DNA of 59,205 bases, counting the filler, from Jimgerdemannia flammicorona (Eukaryota), in assembly GCA_003990765.1 (NCBI GenBank). It is 2 parts of 2 records of this genome, joined end to end, with 100 filler letters (N's around TTAATTAATTAA, not from the genome) between each part and the next. Parts side by side here need not be neighbours in the genome. Positions count along the whole stretch, not along the records: positions 1 to 29,553 come from RBNJ01000488.1; 1 more part is not named here. One strand, given 5' to 3'. Numbering within the stretch: position 1 is the first letter of the stretch; each line of letters opens with the position of its first letter. A model generated the notes under the pieces. It was not told where the DNA came from. It saw only the letters and a list, made by a program, of their open reading frames with translations, and made no database searches. Shown here in pieces: positions 1-12,285 of the stretch. The position numbers and the translations under genes were made by a program.

Positions 1-333
1 GTTGGTTGCTATCTGGTTGCTATGTGGCTAATTATACATTTGCTATCTTTGGTAATGTTTGGGTGTGTCCTCTGGGTACAGGTGTGTCCACAGGACATGA
101 GTGTGTCCGCAGGACATGAGTGTGTCCACAGGACATGAGTGTGTCCGCAGGACATGAGTGTGTCCTCAGGACACAGGTAAACAATCCTGATCTGGTGTCT
201 TGGCTAATTATAAGTGTGGCGGGCATGAGTAACTATGATACACTGGAAGTCACATCATGCTGAGTAAGTATGCTAATTGTTCGCGTCATCTGGCTAAGTT
301 ACAATTCAGGTGGTACGTTTTTGGTCTGTTACA
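1..333 (-). mobile_element. Partial LTR (5' end in minus orientation), distantly related to the Ty3/gypsy LTRs at 14111-15377 and 22911-24173
   Basis: Ends in ...TGTTACA (TGTAACA on minus). Shares blocks such as ctggttgctatgt, caggtaaaca and ctggtrtcy-tggctaa, plus a short tandem-repeat tract, with 15110-15290. Confidence 0.6.
62..176. repeat. 19-bp tandem repeat (GTGTGTCCRCAGGACATGA) of about 5-6 units inside the LTR
   Basis: Near-identical units start at 82, 101, 120, 139 and 158, with no unique spacers. Confidence 0.9.
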
Positions 334-339
334 GTACAT

Positions 340-1250
340 ATATATACTATATATCTCTTACAGCACTTTATATCTATATATATCATTTTTGGATAATTCA
401 ATATAAGCAAATATAAGTCAGTAAAATCTCTATAGAAACTTTAGTAAAGTTAAGAAAGTCCAATACTATACTAGAGAAAACTATACTAGTATTCTCTATT
501 GACAAACAGTCAGTTCTCTCATACATATATCTTATACTAGAAATGGGGCCCAATATTTCATATATTATAAATAAGATAATATAGTATTCATTATGCTATG
601 ATAATTCACATTAGAGCATTATTAAGAGGATTTTCAGATATATTAAAGTAATGGTATACTATATACTTACTCTCAGTAAATTGAGTGAGAACAATAATAA
701 TAATAATAAGAATATCATAAAACTATCTGGTATATATAATACTGTTTGATAATTGCTAATCTATGACTAAGTACTTCTTCTAATTAAACAACAATGGAGT
801 TATTTTGTAAAAAAACATATAAGTAGAGTATTAAGTATTATCTACAGTAATAAAGTAAGTCATTTATCTATACTAGCTATTAAAGAAACTCAGATTTAAT
901 TAGGAATAGCACTCTATACTCATTTATCAGAATAACCAATCTACAATTACTATAGCAAAGAACTCTATTCATCACAGTAGAACTAAACATATTGATATAT
1001 AATACTAATATAAGAAAATATATAGAGAACAGAACTATATACTTAGAATATATCTCTATAGAGTATATAATTATAGATTTACTTACCAAAGCCATTTTGG
1101 GACCTAAATTCCAGCAATATACTAAAGAAATGAGTCTTACAGCAAACTATATATCTCTAATAAAATTTCATAAAACTTTAAGTCTGTTAAACAAAAAAAA
1201 AAAAAAAAAAAAAAAAAGCAAACTATATATCAGTAATAGAACTATATACC
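340..1250 (+). mobile_element. Heavily mutated Ty1/copia pol 3' end (RT C-terminus and RNase H)
   Basis: Translated remnants GPNISYIINK...IIKRIFRYIK, NQSTITIAKNSIHHSRTKHIDI and LEYISIEYIIIDLLTKAILGPKFQ match copia RPDISY/KRILRYLK, KHIDI and ADILTK motifs; many stops. Confidence 0.85.
1156..1216 (+). mobile_element. Extremely 5'-truncated non-LTR retroelement tail (AATAAA + poly-A) with a 15-bp TSD
   Basis: AGCAAACTATATATC at 1141-1155 and 1217-1231 flanks a ~60-bp insert resembling the 3' tails at 37660-37726 and 59160-59205. Confidence 0.85.
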
Positions 1251-2940
1251 AGCAATGAATAATCACAGGACATTTCATAATGTTGAAAAGGAAGCAGAAA
1301 AACAATGCAATACATATTTCTATATCTCTCTCTCTTCAAGCATCATATTGCATTATGGTTATTCACCAGTTCTTCTTCTTTTACATTTGAGATTTTCTAC
1401 CATCGGGACCTATCTATATCCTTTATTTTCACTATGGTTTCTTATGTTTTAAGCATAGATAGATAGCATCCTTTTAGTACATTCGCAGTCATTTTGTGGT
1501 TATTGCTTGGTTACATTACATTCCTGCTTACATTGCATTCTTGCATATAATCTCGTTGAGCGGGAGTGTTGAAATTCCCATCTCGATAATGTGGCTTATA
1601 TAAATACGTCATCATTGAGTTACGTCACCCGACGCCATCTGGAATAATAAACAACGCTTCTCTTCTCCCCACTCCATATTCCCAACTAAGATACAACAAG
1701 TATTTTCTAAGAAAAATATTCGGAGCTTTATTAAGAATATTAATGAAATATTTATATAAACTTTGCTTGCAGCAATGAACGTACGGTTATTTTTATAGTA
1801 CAGGATTCGCTCATCGGGTCGGGGCACAGTCTTAAGCAAAGCTAGTAAGAAAGACAAACACCTTGACTATTGAGGCTCCTCCTTCGCAAGGGCTCTCTAT
1901 CAGGGTGCTATTATCGTAAATGGGCAAAGGACGGTGAGGAAATCACTGCAACAGGCCAAAAAAAACCAACCGTGGGATTCAAGGTCAGTGTGACAAGAAC
2001 AGAACCACATAACAAAGAATGACAATTAACCACCGAGCGCCTATTTACCATAAATGACGCATGTATAGACCTTCCGAAAAAGCGTCACCAAAACATCAGA
2101 AAGAATTCCACCGACAAAAACTTTGAAGAGTGGATCAAAAATGAGAGGTTGTTCGAGTGGTGGAACATATGTGGCAAATGTATGGAAATGAAGTACGGTA
2201 AGTGTGTTTTAGTTAGGTACTAATTATGTGGTCAAGTTTCCTTTTAAAATTATTTGGATATGCATTCACTTTACAATCGGCGAAGCTATTCCAATGACCA
2301 AACACCAGCGAAATGCGGAGATCCAGTAGTTCTACTGGCAGCGACATATATATTGCTCATTGATAGCGAGAGAGCTTGTCAATGATTGGCAAGGACAGAA
2401 ACAAGATTTGACAAAATATTGCAGAGAATCAACATATGTAATTTTTTTTTTTCTAAGTTGTTTTCTCTATTATGGCGTCAATATTAATTCACATTGTGGG
2501 ATTTCGATTTCCAATCCCCTAACTATTCACATTGTTGCTGCGACCTCATCGAGTTCTACGTTGATTTCGGCGTCAATCTTCGCAATAGCTGTTCACTCGA
2601 AACAAGCGAGGAACCCGGTTGGAGGAGTGGAGCAACAAGGAGTGCCAAGGGAGAGACCAGCAACTGAGTTGGTTAACCCTTCCAGAGACTGGATCCGTGT
2701 ATGGAGGAAGATTTTATATTGGTTATCCAAGATATGCCCTCTACTAAAATATATTCGCGATTTAAACCCTTCCAGAATGGCTCCCATATTACTGACAAAT
2801 ATACAGTGTGTGGATGTCAAAAAACGAATATTTATTATTTTAACATCGTAGTGGTGAACAGGAGGAATTCTTGTACCACCACACCATTAATTTTCACTCC
2901 ACTCGATTATCACACGGTATCCACACCGTGTTTGCTACGA

Positions 2941-3231
2941 CTAAGGCCACTTGCAGCGGGCGCAGCGAGCCGCGCGGTACGCCGACGGACACATGTGCAA
3001 ATGGATCTGGAACCTTTCCGCCGCCACCATCTTACCGCAGGTCTCGCAGGACTTCCGGCATTCCTTCAAATGAGTTGACCACTGCGCCGGCGGGATCCGT
3101 AGGCGGCACTGTGGACACAAAAGTCTTGCGCCGCAAATGCATTCTATGTGTCGGCGAAGCTTGAGGCAACCGCTCGTCACAAAGTTACAGCTTTCGTAAG
3201 GGCAGCAGAGGGTGCGTGTTACACGTGGCAT
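2941..3231 (-). CDS. Small protein with three tandem C2HC-type zinc-finger motifs (~96 aa)
   Basis: From the ATG at 3231: CPYESC-x11-H-x2-C, CPQC-x11-H-x3-C and CETC-x11-H-x3-C, plus a terminal CxxC. GC- and CpG-rich. Further 3' exons cannot be excluded. Confidence 0.65.
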   Translation of the reverse strand: MPRVTRTLCCPYESCNFVTSGCLKLRRHIECICGARLLCPQCRLRIPPAQWSTHLKECRKSCETCGKMVAAERFQIHLHMCPSAYRAARCARCKWP

Positions 3232-4802
3232 GGTGGGAAAGAAGTCGGGTAATGGGAAACTCGAAGAGATGGCTTCGTAAGAAAGGGGCAATTGAGATTT
3301 GTAGCTGCGGGACGGGTTGCATCTGCATCATAAGAATTATAAGATACATGCAGCAATGACGTCACATCAAGTGATCTTGCTTTATAGAAACTATTTTTAC
3401 TATACCAAACATGCTTATTTGAAACCACATAACTATCAATGTAAAATTATTTTATTTTATAGTATTATTTCAGTTTTATTACATATCAAAATCTTCGTCA
3501 CTGACAGTGCCGTAAGGATTCTAACACCCCAGCTTTCACGTAAAGTATTCATCCCTTGTAATGTGAAGGAAAAAGTCCAAACAGGTGCGATATTTAGCGA
3601 GCTCTTTCGATAATCTTTTTGGAAAGACGCTGAGCATAAAGCAAAGGCGATCAAAGATATGGGAATAAGAGAAGCGTGTGCTTGCATCATACGCCGAATT
3701 TCGAAATGTTGGTTGATGGTTTAGCTTGTGTGTTTTTCGGTTATCCAATCTATTTAATATTCATTTAGTATGCATACGTATATCGTTTTTCTCTTACCAA
3801 ATACTGCTGGTTAGAACAGCTGCTTCGGAGGTATTTCGGGTTTTCCGTTTGCTGGCATCTAAACACAAATGTCTCACTTTGGAAGCACGCGATACTTACC
3901 ATGATGTCTTCAACACAGTCACCCAACATTATATCGCTGCTTATTATGAACCATCGTGCAAGTGGCCCTCTATGGCTAGAAGTGAGGCTTGTTCTCACGA
4001 GCTTCCGTACCCTCACCACTATTCCTCAGGAGCTAAACATTTACAAGAACAAGTGGATTCGAACCAGTGCTAGCGACGAGCCACCCACAACTTTGCCAAT
4101 ATATCGTTCTGAACTTATATATATCAAATTAAATTAAAAGTCGGAAGAACTCTTTCGTTGCTTCGAGGATTTTGGTAATACTTCAGTATAATGTACTGTC
4201 TTTGCTTCCTTGCGGCCGGTGCCGTGGCTCCCTCCTCCCAGGGAGTACGGTAAGCTAAAGCTAATGAAGACCTTTGCATCTTTCGATTCCCGAGCGTAAA
4301 TCATTAACTCCTTGAAAATGCCTATGCAGGCTCCTGCTGTTTGCATGCACGTTTCACCGGGGGGGGGGGAAGTTTCAACACGAACCTCTTCTAATGAGAA
4401 GCATATCGTTTCCAACTTGTGATCTCAAATAAAAATGACTATTCATGATTTATGAATTTCACTGCGAATCATTGATCAATACAGCTCGCAATATCTCCTA
4501 CGCATTCGTGCAATGTTATGGTTTAACATCCTAGCTTTTCACAACCCTTTAGCCTTTGGTCAGCGCGACAAGTACCACGTGTGGCAGGCTGGGTTTTTAT
4601 CAGCTTTCTTCGCGTGGGATTATAAATTCGTCATACTCACTGTCTTGGATGAATGATTGATTGTATCAGCGAAAGTTTCGTATGGGCAGAGGTTTACCTT
4701 CCATTTCGAACCTCGGGATATAAAAGATTGCTCGTAAACCCGTTCCGTAAAAGGACGTTTCAACATTAAACAAGAAAAAATAAAATCACAACAAACAACA
4801 TC

Positions 4803-5330
4803 ATGCCAGCCTTTGCAAACTCCTTCGTCGAGCGGCCCAATACGGTGCACCGCGTCCTCCTGCAACTTTCCGCAGCGCATCAGTTGAAAGGAGAGTGGGT
4901 GGCTATTTTGAAGGGTATCCATGCCGATGAACACCGTCTCGAAAACCGGCCTCTCTTGGCGACGCACTTCCTATACCGGCCCCTCATGCCGACGCCGAAA
5001 TTGACAAGGTCGTCCGACCCTCCGATATCACCCTTCTATACGCAATATCTGTTGCGCGAGTACGGGGACGACACCGAGAAAACATCCGACGTCTTCCGTC
5101 TCTACTACGCATCGATCGCTTCGGTGTACCACACTCTGGAACCATTCAGATCTGACGCCTCGAATGCAAAATCCGCCCCGTTCCACGAGCCTTACTCGGA
5201 AGAACCCAGCGGACCATTGGGACCCGTCACAGCGCATTCGCTTTCATTGGAGCAGGTTATGACCGCCTACGGGAATTTTTTGGCCGGAGCTCAAAATGTG
5301 TACGATGAGTGGAGCAAAATCATGGCTTAG
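4803..5330 (+). CDS. Hypothetical protein, 175 aa, intronless
   Basis: Clean ATG-to-stop ORF with an A-rich fungal-type leader (acaacaaacaacatcATG) and coding-like GC; no family recognised. Confidence 0.65.
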   Translation: MPAFANSFVERPNTVHRVLLQLSAAHQLKGEWVAILKGIHADEHRLENRPLLATHFLYRPLMPTPKLTRSSDPPISPFYTQYLLREYGDDTEKTSDVFRLYYASIASVYHTLEPFRSDASNAKSAPFHEPYSEEPSGPLGPVTAHSLSLEQVMTAYGNFLAGAQNVYDEWSKIMA

Positions 5331-7077
5331 AACAACGCCTTGTGCCCAACGAGCTGGCGTGGTGGGAATGTGAAAGGAGCCGAGGGTAAAGATCTTTTTC
5401 TTCTCTTGGAGGAATATAATTGCACCCATTCTTTACCGACGATGTATTTGAAATGGATCGAGTGGTAACACCGGAGACGAGTAATGTCAATGATAGTGCG
5501 AATAAAATCAATCTCATGTTCTGATAAAAGATGCGGTATGGAATCACGTGTCAATACCACTATACGTCTTCGCGTTTTCTCCGAGCCTTTATTTAATGCA
5601 CATAAGGTGCACCCTTTCGACACACCGGTTAATTGGCCCCTTTCTGACTTCTCCTCTCCCTCCACCCCTTTTCAAGCATGTATTCTAGTTAGTCCAGTCC
5701 CCTCGGCGAGAATTGACCTTTCGCGTATTCGCTACGCAAATACGTCCAATACAAACACATTTCGAAAAGATATCCATTGCTTCGTTTTCGGGTGCTTGTG
5801 GCATAATGCATTGAACGTCTTTCTTAAAAATACAGATTAGAGTTTCAAATTTAGATAGCACCTATATAAATTGACTAGCTAACGGAATTAAAAAAAAAGG
5901 GAGACGAGCATATTTCCGCTAATTGAAGGTTGAATACGCCCGCCCCATATCATTCCGGTCGGAACATGATTGTCAACGTTTAACGTCTATTTCCTCTTTT
6001 CGATTATACCACCAGACGTTCAACTTTGATGAAAATGAAAATGGAATTAATTTTTGCTGGATGGGGCACCATTTCGCAAACTCCGCCTGCGACATGAACA
6101 CTCCTGGGGTGTTCGAATTCGACAGTCACGGATCTGTCTCCAACCCCCGACAAATACATGGTCGTCCATTCTGCACATCTCCGATATTGGTCAACGATAT
6201 CATCGAGGTGAGCACGTCTGGGTCCGTCGACACGGAGATCGTTAGCTAATTCGGCTTTGTCAAACTGCAAAACTTTGGAAATCTATGTCGGAATTCCCAC
6301 GAGGCTGAAAATTTTAAATGATGTCATGAAGACAGATATGCTCTGGTCGTTGTTGCTATTTGTTGTTTGTCATTTTAATTGCATAAACCTAATCAAAAAA
6401 ATTTATTACCATTCTTATATTTCGATATTCGGGGTATTGCAACGGATCAGAGACTTTTTAAAAGCACGCGAAGACGTCCGCAACCTCATGCAACCTATGT
6501 GAGAGATTAATGCGATATCGACAGAGAAAATAAGGAGTGCCTCATATCATCATTAGGGAATTCTGTTTTACGAATGAAAATCCTACTTTTTTGTCATTGA
6601 TGAATCTATTCCGGTGATTCCATGGCTCTAAACACTGCACAGGTAGTGGAGTAGACAAACATCGAAGCAATACCAGGTACAAAGAACGTCGCTTGACATT
6701 CAAGGCTCGGGATTCATGCTCGGTGTGAAGTTTCAGGAGGCCACGACGCCTTTGTTTGGGACACGGAGGTTGAAGTGATTATTATTATTATTATTATTAT
6801 TAATGTGTGATATTGGCGTTGTAGCTACCCATTGCGAATCGTGTGTTGCTCTCTAAGGTTTTCGTTCTGGCATGGAATTTTCTTTTTTTGTGTGGAGTTC
6901 ACCATCGTATTTATTCCTAATGGTCATCGATTTAATTGGCACCTGCCCAGCTCCACGTAATTTTGAAAATAACGAATCCTGATAGGACACATGTTTGCAA
7001 TCAAACTGTGATAGAGATTACATATCCATCTATCGATACCGAAAACCGGTTTATAAGCAAAAAGAGGTTGATTTAGT

Positions 7078-8064
7078 CTACAAATTGATCACGGTGCCCT
7101 TTCTCGCCGCCCACGAGCTAACTGTGGTCTTGGCCAAAGTCTTGGTGTACTGGAACTGCCCAGCTTCCAACCTCTGGATCCTAATGGCCTTGTTCGGGAC
7201 ATCGTAATGCGTGACGAACACGGCTGGCTTGCTCGTGGGCCGGACGAAATAGTCGGGGGAACCCTTGCTTGCCTGCCACGAGTACATGGTCACCCAGCAA
7301 CGCTCCTCGCCCTGATTCACCACCTCGGCAATGTCAAGCTCGCCGCACCCGTCGCGCTGGCAGTTGCACCCGTACTGCGCCGTCCGCGGGATTTTGGCGT
7401 TCAGCGACCAGATCGCCGGCTTGTCGCGGTCCTGTCCGGCCGTAAACCCGGGAACTGTGTGCGGCATGCTCGCCTCCACCACCAGGATCTTCTCTCCCGC
7501 CCACCCGCGCATCCCCACGGGACGATACCACCCGCACGTCTGCGCCGTGCACGCCTGCCCAGAGAGCACCGTCAATTCGATCGCATTTCCCAGCGTGCCT
7601 CCGAAAACCGTCGACTTGCCGACGTTCTTGGTCCCATCTGCGCTGGCCCAGCTGAGCGAGTTGCCGTGGCAGATGGACCACTCACCGCTCGCCCCGCCGC
7701 CGAGGTTGTTGAGAAACGATATGTTCTCGGAAACGCCGCCGCGGGTCCAGTATGAGACCCGACTGTAGTCGCCTGTCCCGTCGGGCTGATACACGGCAAT
7801 GTTGGAGATAACCATCGGCCCGCGGAGCTGGATGCTCATCTCTTCGTTGAACGGGGAGAGATTGCCTGAAACGGCGTGCATCTGACGGACGCAGGACGGC
7901 GGGGTCGCGGGGCAATTGGGGAAGGTGCCGGGGAGCTGATTGGTGACCAAAGGGTATTGACCGGAGCCGCCGAGGTTGGTGAAAGAGACAGAGGTTACAG
8001 GGTTGCCGGCATGGACATGCGCCGTGAGGGCGAGGACGGAGGCGAGGAAGGTGACGGTGCGCAT
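7078..8064 (-). CDS. Secreted Tos1/YJL171C-family (DUF2403 + DUF2401, GH16-like) putative glycosidase, 328 aa
   Basis: Signal peptide MRTVTFLASVLALTAHVHA; family motifs SGNLSPFNEEMSIQLRGP, FLNNLGG, DKPAIWSLNAKIPRTAQYG-CNC, GCGELDIAE (ExDxxE) and YFVRPT. Confidence 0.9.
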   Translation of the reverse strand: MRTVTFLASVLALTAHVHAGNPVTSVSFTNLGGSGQYPLVTNQLPGTFPNCPATPPSCVRQMHAVSGNLSPFNEEMSIQLRGPMVISNIAVYQPDGTGDYSRVSYWTRGGVSENISFLNNLGGGASGEWSICHGNSLSWASADGTKNVGKSTVFGGTLGNAIELTVLSGQACTAQTCGWYRPVGMRGWAGEKILVVEASMPHTVPGFTAGQDRDKPAIWSLNAKIPRTAQYGCNCQRDGCGELDIAEVVNQGEERCWVTMYSWQASKGSPDYFVRPTSKPAVFVTHYDVPNKAIRIQRLEAGQFQYTKTLAKTTVSSWAARKGTVINL

Positions 8065-9832
8065 TTTGGAATGTAGTAGCGGAAGAGATGAGGGATTTGC
8101 AGGAGTTTTGTGTATATTATCAAACGACAACTGGTTGTTCGGCGGTTCTTCAAGCTATGCAATGATCAGTTTCCCAAGTCCGTCCTGTATTGAAATTATT
8201 GAAATTATGGTGGCACAAGCCCGGTTACCCGGACATTTCGTGCATTTGGGCAGGGTAATTATTTGTCAGGCGTTCGAAAAATTGAAGCTGGTGGGGTTTT
8301 GGTCTCACATAGGGTGATGCAAAAGGCGACAAGTGTCCCAGTTTCATCATTGACCTTCCCCTCTGCTTTGGGATAATACCGTCAGGGGAGCGATGTATCC
8401 TTCACGTCAAGTGAAGAATCTCTTTTTTTGATCGTCGGGGCAGCCCGGAATTATGCCCGAACACCGCCCGGGATTATGCCCGAACACCACCAAATTTTAT
8501 GCGCAAAAGCAGCCATCAACCCTGAGCTTTTCAAACCGTTCAGCTACACCATTGGCTCGAACTTGCCCACGAATGACACATCGACCCTTCCAGTGCCGTT
8601 TTTGAATTGGTTGTGTAAGGCGACACGATTGAGATCCTCACGGACGCTATCGGACCTTGGGCCGCGTCGTAGGGGTGGATAACGTCCCCAAGAACTAGCG
8701 TTCCATCTCGAAATGGACATCTTGAGCAACTCTGCAACTCTGTCGTTCTCGGGGGTATCCGATTAAGCTGTTTTGCGTCACTACAGCTGGTACTTTGCCT
8801 CACTTCCATAATTCGCCGACTGCGCCCGCTCTCCCAAAGACTTTTCCAAAATTCTTGGCTTATTGACTTCCCCAATGTCGTTCGATATCTGTACTTTACA
8901 TCGGTTCTGATTCAATCGCAAATGGAGACCAAAAATACGGCAGCAGTTCCAACATCCGGACCCTATTCACCCCGGACATGATTCGCGCGTTGTTGGCAGT
9001 AGCCAAGTGGGCGAGTTCACGGTGGACACGTCCGAGCTTGAGGATGGTAATTGGGATGTGGGAATGGTGTTAGTTACAAGTGGAGATGTCGAAGGTAATG
9101 ACGGAAAAAGTGATGCGAGGAGGAGGGAAGTTCAAGCTTCGTGGCTGAAGGTATCGATAAGTATTCGAAAACCAAATGTTTAGCATATCAACAAGAGGTC
9201 GTCAAGATCATACATGATTTTGGTAGCCTTTACATCCGTCGTGCGTCACGTTCAGTTCCTATATACGTATGATTTGTTTAAGACGAGGGCTGATCGATGT
9301 AATTAGTCAATAACCTCCACTGCGGATTGTGGGGGTTGATCGTGACGCGCTATAAGGCCTGAGCATACAAATGGTTTCCACAAGAGAAGGCAGAGTTAAA
9401 TAATAAGAAAAAATAATCTCAAATAGGACGGACTAGCTCGCACAAAAAAGTCGTTCGTGTGGAACTGAGCTTGTGAATCAGGCTATTGCCTATTGCCGCA
9501 GTTTGTGTTGTTGTGTTGTCCACGAAACACGTGAATCTCTAAATGCTGCCACGATGGATGAATAGAAAATGATTGATACTTCTCCCGTGAGCAGACCAAC
9601 ATATTGAAGGTGCCGCCAGAGCAGATCACACCTAGGACTGCGATAACTTTACCCACGTCGAAGAAATTAGCATTTTTATTTAATTCAGTGAAGTCCTTGA
9701 AACACGTAAGGAACGGAGGTATGTAATCGCAGAACCTGGGGCCCGACGGCAAAATTGCTCGTCGTGCTCGCAGCCGAATGAAAAAGTATTTAGGGAGACC
9801 TTGAATGTCAAGCTGAGAGAAACACCGCCATG

Positions 9833-12162
9833 TTACGCGGAAAACATAGAGAAATAATAATCCTCTTCAACCAGCACATTGGACAATGGCATACAAGTGC
9901 CAACAATTCCATCCGGTCTCACTATAATAAAGGCGCCATCCTCCACATCAACGCCGTAGGTCGCGTACAACCCGTCGGCTTCATTGACAATATCCGTATA
10001 GTACACATCAATTGCGTCAAAGAGCCCACCGGGGGGAGGACTCTCACCCCCCGCGGGCAAAATGGCGACATAGTTGAACAAGTCTGGGTGGTCGACAGGC
10101 AGGCTGCTGAAGGTATAGGCGTACTGTTCCGGCGATGTCACGAGAATCTCCAATCGGCCCAGCGCGGCATGGTTGCGCGAGAGGGAGCCCGTGAAAATGA
10201 GAAGATGGAATTGTGTCGCAGCCTTGAATAGGTCAAGAAGCCGAATGGCCGCATCGCCGGCCTGCGTTTTTGAGGGTTGAACGCGGCCGTCAGGAGCCCG
10301 CATGCCTGGGTGGACGGCTAGATTGGGGTCCTCATGGTCGTAGAGATTGAGAACGTTTGGAGGGTACTTGACCCCGATGCCTGAACATGTGATTCAAACC
10401 AAATGATTTAACTACTTTTGCAGTGCTATAAAAACGGGGAAGAGATGTGAAATGAACAAGCGAACTTGTGCTTACCCGTTACCAACCCGTCATTCTTAGC
10501 AAATTTGTACAACAACTCTATCGGAAATTCGTTCATTCGATTTGACAACTTGTTTATTGTGGATGCCATGTTTGCATCCTTTTCTGCTGTGGCATGACGT
10601 TCTTCGTGATAAGTTTCTAACAAACTCGACTGGGCGATCCCACGATGTGTCATGCTAAGCTTCCAAACGAGATTCCAACTGAAGAGCGCAGCCAGGAGAG
10701 CGTCAGTTTTGATATCTCGCGAAATACGACAAAGTCGAAAGGGCCAACTGACCTGTCAGCAAATCCGCAGTTAAAGGGAAGGCCACCAAGAGGTGTGTAA
10801 CAATGTGCGGCTTCCCCTATGATGCCGGGCTCTTTAAATTATCCCATGCGAGTCGAACGCAAAAGAATCGCACAACTTAATTATAAACTCACCCACAAGG
10901 AAGACCCTATCTTGAGCAAACTCTTCGGCAACAAAATTCGTCGCTGCTGTTGAAAGTAATTCGGTTTCAGGAGTTAGATAAAATATTGTCGACAACATGG
11001 CGATAAAATGTGGGTAATACGATGTGGTTTGCTTGCCATCAATTCTGGAAAACCAATGCATCGTCTCGATGTCGATCTCGAATGGCGATAGAATAAGCTT
11101 GACACGTTCAATCACATCCTCCTGGCTGAGATTTTCTGAATTCGGGTCGACAGGCATGGTAATGTAGTGAAGGTTACCACAACAGATCGAGACGATCACG
11201 GCGCCGTGTTTGTTTTCAATATAGCTGTGGGTTATGATTACCAAATAGATAAGTACTAATTAATGCAACAACATCAACACAGAGACAGACCGATAAACAC
11301 CAAAAATTTCTCACTTGCTTCCCTCAATCGACGGCAGGGTCGAATGCCTGATAGACACGTTTGCTATATACCACGATACGGGCGTACCAATCACTTTTAT
11401 CGAGACCCCAAGACGCATCCTTGTTCTGGACCTGATGCCATCGGCGCCGATCAAGTACGCGACGTCAATGGTGTTCATGATGCCCGTACCCACGTTCTCG
11501 ACCACGGCCGACACGCCATCGGTATCAAACGTCCGATCGAAGTCGGTCAGACGAACAGAACGCTGGACGTGCACGCCCAGGCGCTCCAGGTACGTTACAA
11601 AGATACCATGAATCATGTCCTGCCGAATGTGGGTCCCGTGCTGGAACCGGCTGTCAGACCGATAAGTGGCCTCCTGCCACCGGAGCACTCCATCCTTGTA
11701 GTAGTGGATCTCGGTGGTCGTGTTGGCAACGCGTAAGATCTCCTGAACCAGGGATGGGTCGATGCTGTGGAGGAATTCAAGCGTGCGCGAGTTCAGGAAC
11801 GATGCACGGTTCTCGTCGTTGACCATTTCCGATCTTTGGTCTGGTGTGGGTGGGTTGGGGGAGGGGGAGGGGGGGGACGTTGAGAGGGGTGAGAGGGGTG
11901 AGGTGGGCGGATCAGAGACCGCACCCGTTCACAATATATTTGGTGGGTTGCAGCGCGTGAAGTTGTTGTGGCCGAACGTACCGATAATACGGATCTTGAA
12001 TCCAAACTTCGTCAGTAAGATGGCAGTGAATAGACCAATGGGTCCTATATAGCGTGCATTGTGTTGATAGGTCAACACGGCACGACGACGCGACACCTAG
12101 GATAGAACGAATACAGCAGGCTACGTACCGGCTCCCACTACGAGGACATCGGCATCGGCCAT
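9833..12162 (-). CDS. FAD-dependent aromatic monooxygenase (phenol 2-monooxygenase/PheA-like, FAD_binding_3). Predicted exons 12162-12129, 12044-11982, 11840-11315, 11224-11037, 10946-10893, 10816-10753, 10678-10476, 10380-9833
   Basis: Spliced product has DVLVVGAGPIGL, RTLE, YLIGADGIRSRTR, RVFLVGEAAH, WNLVWKL, LLETYHEER, PGMRAPDG and C-terminal IVRPDG. Splice sites preserve frame; the intron at 11036-10947 has a GC donor. Confidence 0.88.
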
Positions 12163-12285
12163 TCTGAACTGACTTGAGGGGGCCAGAAGCTACTGTGCTA
12201 AGACCCGAAACACCGCAATTTGCGTTGTATGACAACGGAGGCTTAGAATTTGATCGTCTGATTACCAACAATCTCTACTGCCAAT

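Noticed and set aside
62..176. Regular short repeats resembling a CRISPR array
   Set aside because: Head-to-tail units with no spacers, inside a eukaryotic LTR, and no cas genes.
1880..2850. Possible spliced gene (gtaagt donor at 2198) and the 163-aa ORF
   Set aside because: No consistent exon chain or recognisable motif.
6777..6801. (ATT)n microsatellite
   Set aside because: Ordinary short tandem repeat.
7207..8076. Several overlapping ORFs on both strands
   Set aside because: Shadows of the GC-rich Tos1-family CDS.
8540..9050. Coding-like minus-strand fragments (similarly 3750-4130 and 6004-6330)
   Set aside because: Interrupted by stops and frameshifts with no identifiable family; at best pseudogene debris.
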